DNA of 63,272 nt, counting the filler, from Octopus bimaculoides (taxonomy: Eukaryota), in assembly GCF_001194135.2 (NCBI RefSeq). It is 5 parts of 5 records of this genome, joined end to end, with 100 filler letters (N's around TTAATTAATTAA, not from the genome) between each part and the next. Parts side by side here need not be neighbours in the genome. Positions count along the whole stretch, not along the records: positions 49,667 to 56,182 come from NC_068995.1; positions 56,283 to 58,208 come from NW_026365527.1; positions 58,309 to 63,272 come from NW_026321170.1; 2 more parts are not named here. One strand, given 5' to 3'. Positions 51,711 to 63,272 of the stretch are shown piece by piece. The notes below the pieces were generated by a model that worked only from the letters and a program-made list of their open reading frames with translations, was not told the origin of the DNA and searched no databases. How positions within the stretch are numbered: the first letter of the stretch is position 1; each line of letters opens with the position of its first letter. A program made the position numbers and the translations under genes.

Positions 51711-52459
51711 ATTAATAAAAATCCTTGTCAATTCATGCAGCAACAGCACACAAACTCAATCTCCCAATGGTGTATGTCTACAAAATTCTGACAATTAATA
51801 CGAGTATAAAAATAGTAGTTACCGTCTGCAAGTTTTATATGATTCACCAGATAACTATTGCTGCAGATAACTTTGTGTTAACGTGTATCAGATGTTAAAT
51901 TTTGGAGACATGCGTGCCTTCATAGAGGACGTTTACTAAACTACGTCGAAGTCATTGGTAAATATATAACATGGAAAGAAGAACGTACCGTAGCAAATGT
52001 CTGTTACATCCACTTAAAGAAGAAAAGAAAGAAATTATTGTAGTTTAATAATCAGCGGTGCTTTATTAAACAAGGCATTTGCTCTGGCCGTTTTCGCGCC
52101 GCTTGGTTGGCTCCACTGATTCGACGCTGACTTACTTGACATTAGATGTTTTAATGTTTCACTCGTTTTCCTGTTTCTCTCTGCCTCTCCTTCTTCTATT
52201 CTTACTCTTCCTCTCTCTTTCTTCCTCTCCCTTTCTTTCTCCATCTCCGCCCCTCTTTCTCACTCTCCCTCACTCTCCCTTTTTCTCTATGTTTATGTCT
52301 GTGAGCATATTTCTTTGTATGAGTCTGAAGAAAAGGAAAGTCTTGATATCCATCATGTTCATTTAATAAATTGTAATGCCTTTCTCTCCTTACCTCTTTC
52401 TCAGTCACACTTTCTGTAGCTGTATGCGTATAACTGTGCGCATGCGTGCCGGTGTACAT

Positions 52460-52495
<36 letters not shown>

Positions 52496-52685
52496 CTGTG
52501 TGTGTCTGTGTGTGTGAGTGTGTTTCCGTGTTTGTGTTTGCCTCAAGTGCCAAAAAGTACTGGTACCAAAACAGACTGATTGTCCCAGTCAACCGCGCCA
52601 AATCATCAACGTCCAAACAGCACCGCCCAATCGTCCCAACCCGATTATACACTTTAATTTAGAAATGTACAATATTCTATGCTAT

Positions 52686-52757
52686 TTCGCCTTTTGCCTT
52701 TCGCCTTTTGCCTTTCGCCTTTTGCCTTTCGCCTTTTGCTTTCGCCTCTTTTGCCTT
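52686..52757. repeat. (CGCCTTTTGCCTTT)n minisatellite
   Basis: Directly visible, about 4-5 units. Confidence 0.85.
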
Positions 52758-53099
52758 AGTAACATTCTATTTTGCAAAACGACACAGTACAGCGATTAAT
52801 ACTATTAAATCCAACAAGTAGGTAACATAACTTATTAAATATCAGTGTACCAAATTATATGGTAATGTGCCGCCCTAAATAATTTTCAAATATTGTAGCT
52901 TTGCCATTGTATGTTCAGTCTTAAAAATCACGCTAGAATCAATTCTATAGAGAAATCAACTTCTTTTCTGCTCTCCTCCTACTCTTTGCCTTCACTTTCC
53001 TCCTCCTCCCCTTTCTGAACCCATAATAACTTCTCAGGTGCCTCGCAGCCATTCTAAGGAATCATTATTTATTGATATTTTAGAAAATAAGTTTCTATA

Positions 53100-53397
53100 A
53101 GTTGCTGTTGGTGCTGTTGTTCTTGTTATGGGTGTGTTTGTACTACATGTTATTGCTGTTGATGTTAATTCTCCAGGTTGTTGTTGTTGTTGTTGGTGAT
53201 GAAGTTGTTGTTGATGTTACTACTGCTGCTGCTGCTGCTGATGATGATGATGATTATGATGTTGTTGATGATTGTAGTCATGGTGATGGTGATGATGACG
53301 ACGTTGTTTTATTTTTTATTGTTGATATTTACGATTTTGTATTTTGCAAGCTGTTTTGTTTTTTCATGATGATGATATTCATAGTGATGACGATGAC

Positions 53398-53429
<32 letters not shown>

Positions 53430-54175
53430 GGTGGATGATGATGATGAGGTGGATGATGATGAAGATAATGATGATGATGATGATGATGATGATAATGATG
53501 GTGCTGTTGCTGTTTATTTTCTAGGCTGTTGCTGTTGTTTTTGTTGTTGTTGGTTGAGTTTTGAGATTTCTTAAAGACATTAACTTGAAAAAAAAACCCA
53601 TGTTTACTCTCCAACTAAACACAGAGTAAACAAACCAACAACGCCACCGACCCCCCTGCCCACTTCCCTCCCTTCTCCGCTCTCCTCCGCCCCGACCCGC
53701 CACGCCTACACCACCCACCTTGCAATAACACTGTAAGGATTCAAATACTACATCAACAAAAACCCCAAAAGATGGGGATTCTGAGGATGAGGAGGACGGC
53801 GTCGTCGACGATGGCGGTGGTAACGATGATGACAATGATGATGATGATGATGATGATGGTGAAGATCATGATGATCATGATGATAACGATGGTGACGATG
53901 ACGATGATGACGACGACGATGATAACAACGACGACGGTGATGATGATGGCCGCGACGATGAAAATGACGATGACGATGATGATGTTGATGATAATGATAA
54001 TGATAATGAAGGTGATGATGATGATGATGATGATGATGGTGATGAAGATGGTTGTTGTGGTGTTCGTTGCTGTCGTAGAAATATTGGCGGTGGTAGTGGT
54101 GGTGATGGTGTTGGTATGTATATTAGTGGTGGTGGTGGTGGTGGTGGTGGTGGCTATTGTGATGGTAGTGGTAAG
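53100..54175. repeat. Cryptic (GAT/GAC/GGT/GTT)n trinucleotide arrays
   Basis: Directly visible; open in multiple frames (poly-D, poly-M, poly-H). Confidence 0.9.
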
Positions 54176-54852
54176 AGGACACGTGACGAAACTTTCCAGT
54201 CATCGTAGAGAAAACTGCTTCGTTCTCGAAGAGAATTGTTCCATTAATTACGCCAAAATAGTTGCGTGTGCACATACATTCAAATGCGGCCACACACATT
54301 TACACACATATATAGACTTCATTAAAACTGAGACTAATTAATGTGTATCCTGTGGAGCATGTTTTTGCCTTATTACCCCCCTCCACACACAGACTCACAC
54401 GCACACACACATATATATATATATGTGTGTATATGTATATATATATATGTGTGTGTGTGTGTGTATATATATATATGAATGAGATAAAAATGAGATAAAA
54501 ATGAGATATATGAATGAGATAAAAAGCCAAGGCTGTGAAAGATTTCGGAATATTTATAAAGAGAAGGTCTTACAGCTGTTTCCAGGATATCTTATACATC
54601 CCTTCATCAGATCCAATAACACCGTGTACAAACTTTATGCTTGGACTGACCAACTTTAAATACTATTGGAACTTACACACAAGGCACAGGAAAGTTATAT
54701 GTATACCATTCTGCTTAAATAATGGAACTGGTCAACTAAGCCAATGTGGGACAGTGTATGTTTGTAATAACCATAGAATTTTAGTGAGCCTCGTTAGAAT
54801 GAAACGGTGAGGTAATACCTGTGATATAGCCATTTTAATTATTTACACAGAG

Positions 54853-55061
54853 GAGGTGGCGACTGGCAGAAACGTTAACACACCGGGCGAAATGCTTAGC
54901 GCTATTTCGTCTTTTACCTTCTGAGTTCAAATTCCGCCGAGGTCGACTTTTCTTTTCATCCTTTCGGGGTCGATAAATTAAGTACCAGTTGCGTACTGGG
55001 GTCGATCTAATCGACTGGCCCCCTCCCACCAAATTTCGGGCTTTGTGCATAGAGTAGAAAA
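54853..55061 (+). mobile_element. tRNA-derived SINE (family A), full length, 17-bp TSD
   Basis: Head GGAGGTGGCGACTGGCAGAAACGTTAAC, with B-box-like GAGTTCAAATTCC. TSD TAATTATTTACACAGAG at 54836-54852 and 55062-55078. Confidence 0.9.
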
Positions 55062-55369
55062 TAATTATTTACACAGAGACAACAAATTTTCTGTTTGTAA
55101 TAAAAAAATTTCCGATGACACTTTGTAATGAATACTCTTTGTCAGCGCCTGTACTGTGATGCAAATTTGAGAAACTAGTTTAGCCGAGATCTACTTGAAT
55201 ACAATATAAATAACAATAGAATGAAAAAGATTTTCATCACGAAAGACAATACTACACTTAAGATGGAAGTTAGCAAACTGTTATATTATGTGTTATTCTT
55301 TACGGGGCCGAAACTTGAAACCTGTAGAGATTAATGGAGAAGATATATACATATATATATATATTTATA

Positions 55370-55560
55370 TATGGGAGAATGTACGAAAAAACAACGACAG
55401 ACGAGGAAAGATGGTGTAAATAACAAAAGGATGTATTAGTATGACGCTCGGGAAGACGGAAAGTCTTTGACGTTTCGAGCTACGCTCTTCAACAGATAGA
55501 ATACGGAGACAAGGAGAAAAACACGGAGAAAAAAATTGAATAGTGTTCAGACAAAGGTCA
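55370..55560 (+). mobile_element. Penelope-type pseudo-LTR / non-autonomous fragment
   Basis: Homologous to 49340-49430; contains TTTGACGTTTCGAGCTACGCTCTTC. Confidence 0.5.
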
Positions 55561-55599
55561 ATCATATATATTTATATACATACGTGCGTGTGCCTATGT

Positions 55600-55647
<48 letters not shown>

Positions 55648-55910
55648 ATATATCAATCTTTCAGTCAATCTGTAGATCGATCTATATAAGAGTTTATGTA
55701 TGTATGTATAGGTTTGATAAGTGCAATTCACATCGGTCTCGACCCCTAAGTCAGTTATATAACATTTCAGATGAAGAAAAGAAAATGTCTGTCTGTATGT
55801 ATGCATGTATGCATGTATGTATGTATGTATGTATGTATGTATGTATGTATGTATGCGTATGTGCGTGCGTAACAGTATCTTCAAAATCCCGTGCCGACGC
55901 ATGTGGGTGG

Positions 55911-56026
<116 letters not shown>

Positions 56027-56085
56027 GTATATGTATATATCGATATATATATATATGTATATGTATATATAGATATAGATATATG

Positions 56086-56118
<33 letters not shown>

Positions 56119-56119
56119 G

Positions 56120-56182
<63 letters not shown>

Positions 56183-56282
56183 NNNNNNNNNNNNNNNNNN
56201 NNNNNNNNNNNNNNNNNNNNNNNNNNTTAATTAATTAANNNNNNNNNNNNNNNNNNNNNNNNNNNNNNNNNNNNNNNNNNNN

Positions 56283-56645
56283 CCAAGGCTGGGACCATGG
56301 GCCATACGTCCCCTGCCCAATTCAGGATCACATCATATAGGTACACTGTGACACAATTTCTTTTCCTCAATAGGCCCTACCTTGTTTAACATTGTCCCAA
56401 AACTGATCAAAGAGGAATAGGATCGCGTCACCTTTAAATGGAGTTTGGACAAATTTCTTCAAGGAATACCAGATAAGCCACCTATACCTGGATACAACTC
56501 ACTCACTCAACAAGAATTCCCTACTTGAATGGACCATAATACCACAAGATGTGACATAAAAAAGGATTTAGATAATATCCTATCAGGTGGTACTATTAAA
56601 GTTAGATATGGCCTGGACCAATCTTTGGTCGAAACATATCTAAGT
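56283..56645 (+). mobile_element. CR1-like LINE 3' end (ORF2 terminus plus UTR)
   Basis: IGPTLFNIVPKLIKEE*DRVTFKWSLDKFLQGIPDKPPIPGYNS matches the CR1-type terminus (GP.LFN.LP..I.......FK..LD.FL..IPD.P). It ends at a (TA)n tract. Confidence 0.8.
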
Positions 56646-56715
56646 TGATTTAAAATATATATATATACATGCATATGTATTTAATTGAACATGATGCATC
56701 CATTTCCAAGTAAGC

Positions 56716-56758
<43 letters not shown>

Positions 56759-56762
56759 CATG

Positions 56763-56813
<51 letters not shown>

Positions 56814-56847
56814 ATGTATATATATATAAATATATGTAAATGTATAG

Positions 56848-56878
<31 letters not shown>

Positions 56879-57591
56879 TATATATGAATGTTGTACATAC
56901 ACACACTCAAAGAAGAGCAACCCATCCAAGTTGTAACTTCACCAGAAACAGTGCAGAAAAAAATACCCAAATAACATTGAAAGGCAGTGCTCTAACATGC
57001 ATGGCTATGAAAAATATAAACAATATACACGTATATACATGCATGTATGTATGTATATATATCTATATATATATATGTATATCTATATATCTATATATAT
57101 ATGTATATATCTATATATATATATATATATACACACAAACAAATATATATACATGCATATGCATAAATATATCTATATCTATATATACATATATAACATA
57201 CACATTCAAATATAATTATCTCTCGCTTTCTCTATCTCTCTCCATATATATATNNNNNNNNNNNNNNNNNNNNNNNNNNNNNNNNNNNNNNNNNNNNNNN
57301 NNNNNNNNNNNNNNNNNNNNNNNNNNNNNNNNNNNNNNNNNNNNNNNNNNNNNNNNNNNNNNNNNNNNNNNNNNNNNNNNNNNNNNNNNNNNNNNNNNNN
57401 NNNNNNNNNNNNNNNNNNNNNNNNNNNNNNNNNNNNNNNNNNNNNNNNNNNNNNNNNNNNNNNNNNNNNNNNNNNNNNNNNNNNNNNNNNNNNNNNNNNN
57501 NNNNNNNNNNNNNNNNNNNNNNNNNNNNNNNNNNNNNNNNNNNNNNNNNNNNNNNNNNNNNNNNNNNNNNNNNNNNNNNNNNNNNNNNNNN

Positions 57592-57641
<50 letters not shown>

Positions 57642-58059
57642 ATCCAACTCATGCTAGCACAGACAATGGATGTTGGATGATGATGATGATGATGATTGTA
57701 TATAGATGGATAGATTGATATACACACATACGAACATCTATGTACATGTAGATATATATATATATACATATACTTATTTATATTTAGCAAAATCAACAGA
57801 ATGACTTATTTGCTGAGAGTGTCCTGCATTGCAAACTCAGGAAACTCTTGACCCTTGAGTCACTCTGTTGCTTCTGCTAACTGTTAATAAAAAAATATAT
57901 ATACATTCATATTCTGAGTTCTATTTTTCCTCCTTGCATCACCACACATCATATATGTGTGTGTGTGTGTGTATGTGTGTGTGTGTACATGGACAAATAA
58001 ATACATGTATGTGTTGCATATATATATATGTATACATACATATAAATATGTAAGCTGTC

Positions 58060-58195
58060 CTCTCATCTACATGGTTCTGGGTTCAACCCTACAGTCTGGC
58101 ACCTTGGACAAGTTGTTCCTATTGGGGCTTTTGGCTGACCAAAGCCTAGTGAGTACATTTAATAAACAAAAACTGAAGGAAACCCGCCATGGATA
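58060..58195 (+). mobile_element. SINE (family C) fragment with CpG decay
   Basis: GGTTCTGGGTTCAACCCTAC...CACCTTGGACAAG...GGCTGACCAAAGCC aligns to the reverse complement of 43880-44031, with CG changed to TG/CA. Confidence 0.7.
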
Positions 58196-58599
58196 TATAT
58201 ATATATACNNNNNNNNNNNNNNNNNNNNNNNNNNNNNNNNNNNNNNNNNNNNTTAATTAATTAANNNNNNNNNNNNNNNNNNNNNNNNNNNNNNNNNNNN
58301 NNNNNNNNTGACATCAGGTGTTTCACCTGTTCTCTCTTTGTTTATGTGTGTGAGCAGAGTACTTTTTATGCATGTGAGGAGAGGAGGCAATTAATAAATT
58401 TTAATCTCTCTCTCATTCTGTTAATCTGTATATGTACATTTCTGTGCAAGCATGGATGTGTGTGTGTGTGTGTGTGTTTGCTTCTAGTGCCAAAATGTAA
58501 TGTCACTAAAACAGGTTTAGTGTCCAGCCAAATCACCAGTGTGGAAATAGTTACACCCAATTGTCATATTTTGATAGTTTTTAAATGAACACAAGTAAC

Positions 58600-58740
58600 T
58601 TTGTGGTTAAAATGTTAGGCTCACAAGTGTTAGGTTGTGGGCTCAATTCTCAACCTAAGTGGTGTTTTGTGTCCTCGAGCAAGGCACTTTATTTCAAGTT
58701 GTTCCAGTATACTCAGCTGAAAATGAATACCTGTGGTACC
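58600..58740 (+). mobile_element. SINE (family B) fragment
   Basis: GTGGTTAAAATG...GCTCAATTC...GTCCTCGAGCAAGGCACTTTATTTCAAGTTGTTCCAGTATACTCAGCTGAAAATGAATAC. Confidence 0.65.
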
Positions 58741-59915
58741 AAAGGAAGTCAGAAGGGAGGTTAACCTTTCAATAGAATGGTGCCCTACTCAGGAGTGACT
58801 CGTGACTTTAGCCTTGAAAGCCTGTATAAACCTTGTTTTATCCTTGTCCCCACCACACACACCTCACTATGTTCTCTGGTTTGTGCTGTGGTATGCTAAA
58901 GCAGAAGAAGCTGCTAACCTTTAATCATGTATCCTCTACTTCTAGAAGAAAAGGACACAATCTAGCTTGAATGTTGCATGTAAAGTGTCAAGTTACAAAA
59001 GGTGAATTTGCTTGACATTTTTGGTCAGCAAAATAAGAGTGTGCAAATAATTTGTCTACCTACTCAGTGGTTTTGAAGATGAGTGGAACATAAAATCCCT
59101 CAATAGTTAAGGATCAGTGACAATAAGGGCATCTAGCTGCACAACAATGTTTCAATAACATGTACTTCTCCAACCCATACGAGAAATGAAAAGCAGACGT
59201 AAAAGAAACAATCTTGAAACAATTAATAAATTTCATTGTTTTAAAAGAGAGGCGAGAAAGCTTAGACTCCAACATTTGTTTGCTGATAAAAGGAAAGAGA
59301 CAACTGCTGTCTCAAAATGCTATTTTGTTTCAACCATTACTTGTAGTNNNNNNNNNNNNNNNNNNNNNNNNNNNNNNNNNNNNNNNNNNNNNNNNNNNNN
59401 NNNNNNNNNNNNNNNNNNNNNNNNNNNNNNNNNNNNNNNNNNNNNNNNNNNNNNNNNNNNNNNNNNNNNNNNNNNNNNNNNNNNNNNNNNNNNNNNNNNN
59501 NNNNNNNNNNNNNNNNNNNNNNNNNNNNNNNNNNNNNNNNNNNNNNNNNNNNNNNNNNNNNNNNNNNNNNNNNNNNNNNNNNNNNNNNNNNNNNNNNNNN
59601 NNNNNNNNNNNNNNNNNNNNNNNNNNNNNNNNNNNNNNNNNNNNNNNNNNNNNNNNNNNNNNNNNNNNNNNNNNNNNNNNNNNNNNNNNNNNNNNNNNNN
59701 NNNNNNNNNNNNNNNNNNNNNNNNNNNNNNNNNNNNNNNNNNNNNNNNNNNNNNNNNNNNNNNNNNNNNNNNNNNNNNNNNNNNNNNNNNNNNNNNNNNN
59801 NNNNNNNNNNNNNNNNNNNNNNNNNNNNNNNNNNNNNNNNNNNNNNNNNNNNNNNNNNNNNNNNNNNNNNNNNNNNNNNNNNNNNNNNNNNNNNNNNNNN
59901 NNNNNNNNNNNNNNN

Positions 59916-59957
<42 letters not shown>

Positions 59958-60049
59958 TATACCCATGGTATATATATATAGATACATATAGTATATACAC
60001 ATGGTATATATATAGATGTATATGGTATATATGGGGGGAATGCGCTATG

Positions 60050-60246
60050 TGCAACATTTTGGAAAAGGGCCCATAGCTTCCTTAGGGGGGGATCCTAGAG
60101 ACTTGGAATAACTTCCATTGTCTTCCGCAGAAAATTTTACACAAGAATTAGCTTTTAGTTTTTATGTAGACGCTGTAGCCTTTCATGCTATAAATGGACA
60201 GACCGACACACACACACACACAGACATTCATCTTTATTATATAGAT
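60050..60246 (+). mobile_element. Helentron/DINE-1-like terminal fragment
   Basis: Ends ...GGACAGACCGAC(AC)nAGACATTCATCTTTATTATATAGAT, the same terminal architecture as 41050-41099. Confidence 0.55.
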
Positions 60247-60394
60247 TTCTTGATGCTTCTATATTTGCATTATAAATATAAATAAGTTTGCTCACTGGTA
60301 AGATTAGAGCATTTAATTTGATGTAATAAAGCAAGAAACATTTTGATTGGTAGCACTGGATTATAAAAGGTTTGAATTTCACAAGAAAGAATCA

Positions 60395-60580
60395 CAAGAT
60401 GGATTCTTCAAGCCAGACCAATCAGCAACACATTTAGAGGTAGACCAAGAATGAGTTGATTGCATAATATCCATAATCTCAGTTGGTCACCCTTTGGAAG
60501 AGTAATGATGGCTGCTTCTGATACAACTCTATACAAGAGGTGCTTGAGGACTCTATATCCATGATGCTCCTAAGAATAAT
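60395..60580 (+). mobile_element. RTE-like LINE C-terminal fragment
   Basis: ILQARPISNTFRGRPRMS*LHNIHNLSWS resembles RTE L.ARP...R.RGRPR..W.D.I..L.W. Confidence 0.5.
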
Positions 60581-61753
60581 AGACTGAAAAAATGAATGAA
60601 TGGATAGGTTACAAAAGATGCATGGTTTGTGTCATACAAACAGCTTTCTCTCTTTTTTTCACATCTAATGTATCATAAACTATTGTTTATGGTTGAATTT
60701 ACTTTGAAACACATCATTCATAAACACTTTTTTACTTTTCTCATATTTTCCCATGGCTGTGTGGNNNNNNNNNNNNNNNNNNNNNNNNNNNNNNNNNNNN
60801 NNNNNNNNNNNNNNNNNNNNNNNNNNNNNNNNNNNNNNNNNNNNNNNNNNNNNNNNNNNNNNNNNNNNNNNNNNNNNNNNNNNNNNNNNNNNNNNNNNNN
60901 NNNNNNNNNNNNNNNNNNNNNNNNNNNNNNNNNNNNNNNNNNNNNNNNNNNNNNNNNNNNNNNNNNNNNNNNNNNNNNNNNNNNNNNNNNNNNNNNNNNN
61001 NNNNNNNNNNNNNNNNNNNNNNNNNNNNNNNNNNNNNNNNNNNNNNNNNNNNNNNNNNNNNNNNNNNNNNNNNNNNNNNNNNNNNNNNNNNNNNNNNNNN
61101 NNNNNNNNNNNNNNNNNNNNNNNNNNNNNNNNNNNNNNNNNNNNNNNNNNNNNNNNNNNNNNNNNNNNNNNNNNNNNNNNNNNNNNNNNNNNNNNNNNAA
61201 ATGAGACAACCTTCAAAGAAATCCAGAGTGGAACCCTGTAGGCAGTTTAGTGTTTGACTCGACACTCTTCCGGCAGCTCCTGCAACCAAGCTGGTACCAA
61301 ACATAATGCTTTGGACTCTGTCAGCAAGGTGAAGAGAGGAATCCTGACGATTGGGCTACCCAGGATTTTCTTACATCTAGCCCAGGCCTGCGCAAAACTG
61401 GAGAGGACATGAAATGTAAAAACCAGACTGGATTAGTTTATGTGCAACTCCATTGTCTCCTGAGACAAAAGGATGCCAACAACAATGGCGAATATCAGTT
61501 TTGGGGATGAGGGAAGAGAAAGAGGGGTTGAGGAGGAGGTGATAAATGACTGTATGAAAAGGGGAGTGGGTGGGTGGAGAGCAGTACTGTAATAAAACAT
61601 CATAAACAAGACATAGGGAAATGATGTGAAGTTTGGGGGAGACGGAGAGGTGCTCAGTAACAAGAATGGAGATCAAAGTCATATGTTTTAAAAATCTCAT
61701 ATGTAACGTATTAAAAATATCAAAATATTCAAAAATTTTTTAATGAAGCTTAC

Positions 61754-61827
61754 CAATATTTTCTATTCTTTCAATGTTTTTAATAAATCTTCTGCTAGTC
61801 GCCTTTCGACTTCTTTCCTGATGGGGA
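61754..61827 (-). CDS. Candidate small exon of the MYND-domain gene
   Basis: Bounded by a TTTTAG acceptor (61828-61833) and a G|GTAAG donor (61749-61753). The reading frame is ambiguous (see findings). Confidence 0.4.
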
Positions 61828-61897
61828 CTAAAATTCACACATGATATATATACTAAAAATCTCCAAATATTCAAAAGAAATTTTAAAAGAAAGTTTC

Positions 61898-62239
61898 CAG
61901 CATCTTCGACACTAGTTCTTGCATCACTTTTCCTTTCAGTGCTTATTGTTCCAGTCTGCTTAATATCTTCTTTGCTCTTCACCTGGACCGTCCGTTTTTG
62001 ACTCTTCCCCTTCTTGCTGGATTCCTTCTCACTGTCCATTCCACCATCTTTGTCTTTATAGTTCACATTTCCAGTGTTTCCCTTGCTAGCCTTTGTGTCA
62101 CTATCCTTTTTGTTGATCTCATCCCTGACGTCTGTCTTGCTAGTGGCTCCGTCATTCTCTATGTTGACACTGTTGACATTCTTACGCTTTTTTCTTCTAT
62201 TTCTTTTCTTTTTATTCTTACTGCCTACCTTGCTGTCTA
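61898..62239 (-). CDS. Lys/Ser/Asp-rich exon of the MYND-domain gene (5' boundary in gap)
   Basis: More than 110 open codons, DSKVGSKNKKKRNRRKKRKNV...ARTSVEDA. It is purine-rich, non-repetitive and coding-like, with an NLS-like basic cluster, then switches abruptly to AT-rich intron-like sequence at 61897. Confidence 0.7.
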
Positions 62240-62645
62240 NNNNNNNNNNNNNNNNNNNNNNNNNNNNNNNNNNNNNNNNNNNNNNNNNNNNNNNNNNNNN
62301 NNNNNNNNNNNNNNNNNNNNNNNNNNNNNNNNNNNNNNNNNNNNNNNNNNNNNNNNNNNNNNNNNNNNNNNNNNNNNNNNNNNNNNNNNNNNNNNNNNNN
62401 NNNNNNNNNNNNNNNNNNNNNNNNNNNNNNNNNNNNNNNNNNNNNNNNNNNNNNNNNNNNNNNNNNNNNNNNNNNNNNNNNNNNNNNNNNNNNNNNNNNN
62501 NNNNNNNNNNNNNNNNNNNNNNNNNNNNNNNNNNNNNNNNNNNNNNNNNNNNNNNNNNNNNNNNNNNNNNNNNNNNNNNNNNNNNNNNNNNNNNNNNNNN
62601 NNNNNNNNNNNNNNNNNNNNNNNNNNNNNNNNNNNNNNNNCTTAC

Positions 62646-62957
62646 AATTGCTTTTATGTGTTGGCCAATCATATTTCTGGCAGTCAGTTGAGCAGTAGTA
62701 AGTTGTTTTGCACTTAGAACATTTCTTTAAAGGAACATTAGTTCTAAAACATGTTTCACAACAGCTTTCCATTTTACCATTGGGACTGTCTTTTAAACAC
62801 TCTTTTTTATTATTTGATTTGGCTTTCTTATTGGAACATGTTACTTTCGATTCAGCCAGTGGGTTTATTTGATTTGGTGTAATTTGAGGAGTAAAACAAC
62901 ATTGATAAAGAGAAGCTGTCACTTGATCACAATTCTGGCAACAATCTCCATTTTTAA
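62646..62957 (-). CDS. Exon encoding a MYND-type zinc finger (zf-MYND protein, identity not determined)
   Basis: CETCFRTNVPLKKCSKCKTTYYCSTDCQKYDWPTHKSNC fits C-x2-C...C-x2-C...YC-x3-CQ-x3-W-x2-HK-x2-C. Acceptor ...TTCAAAATAG at 62958-62967. Either a GTAAG donor lies at 62641-62645 or the exon continues into the gap. Confidence 0.88.
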
Positions 62958-63099
62958 CTATTTTGAATTAAATGAAAACCTGAAATATTAGAAACTGAAA
63001 AAAGAGAAAAGGAATAAATATTTTATAAGAAGGAATATTTTATATTCAATCAATTTTTAGCATTTGTTTTCTATAATAAATAGAAAAAGTTACTGCGAT

Positions 63100-63272
63100 G
63101 GTGAGGATAAAGGACTACAAAAACTTGAAAGAAATGAAGCCAGCATGCTTTGCTGGACGAGTAATGTCAGTGTGCATATATGACAGAGTGTAAGTGATTT
63201 AAGGGAAAAACTGGGTATACGTAGCATCAGATGTAGTGTGCAAGAGAGAAGACTGTGCTGGTATGGCCTTAT
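63100..63272 (+). mobile_element. RTE LINE RT C-terminal fragment, intronic and antisense to the MYND gene
   Basis: QKLERNEASMLCWTSNVSVHI*QSVSDLREKLGIRSIRCSVQERRLCWYG matches RTE LER.E..MLRW.........LR..LGI..I....Q.RRLRW.GH. Confidence 0.85.

Noticed and set aside
61199-61700. Further exons of the MYND gene (ORFs 61377-61700, 60741-61304)
   Set aside because: There are no convincing splice boundaries, frames are interrupted, and the sequence looks like retroelement-derived DNA. The family could not be assigned confidently.

Overview
AT-rich, microsatellite-saturated eukaryotic scaffold with many N-gaps and TTAATTAATTAA gap spacers. The repeat landscape ((TG)n/(TA)n/(GAT)n arrays, tRNA-derived SINEs, RTE, CR1-like and Penelope debris) suggests an octopus/cephalopod draft assembly; that is inferred, not verified. 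Almost all ORFs in the supplied track are artefacts of microsatellites or N-runs. The only convincing host coding sequence is the 3' part of a minus-strand gene at about 61.75-62.96 kb, with a MYND zinc-finger exon followed by a Lys/Ser/Asp-rich exon. It lies in a visibly CpG-depleted domain starting at about 57.6 kb. The rest is intergenic or intronic and packed with decayed transposons: Tigger/pogo, Tc1 DD34E, an internally deleted mariner, a hAT MITE, Helentron/DINE-1-like ends, LINE fragments (CR1-like, RTE, R4/Dong), Penelope GIY-YIG fragments and SINEs with long TSDs. The most striking structure is a 602-bp foldback element (29190-29791) with perfect 37-bp TIRs, an exact 8-bp TSD, a second inner inverted repeat, and a central (CCCTAA)n-(TTAGGG)n telomeric palindrome. 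No CRISPR, rRNA or intact tRNA genes are supportable. Boundaries of decayed repeats are approximate and were read by eye.
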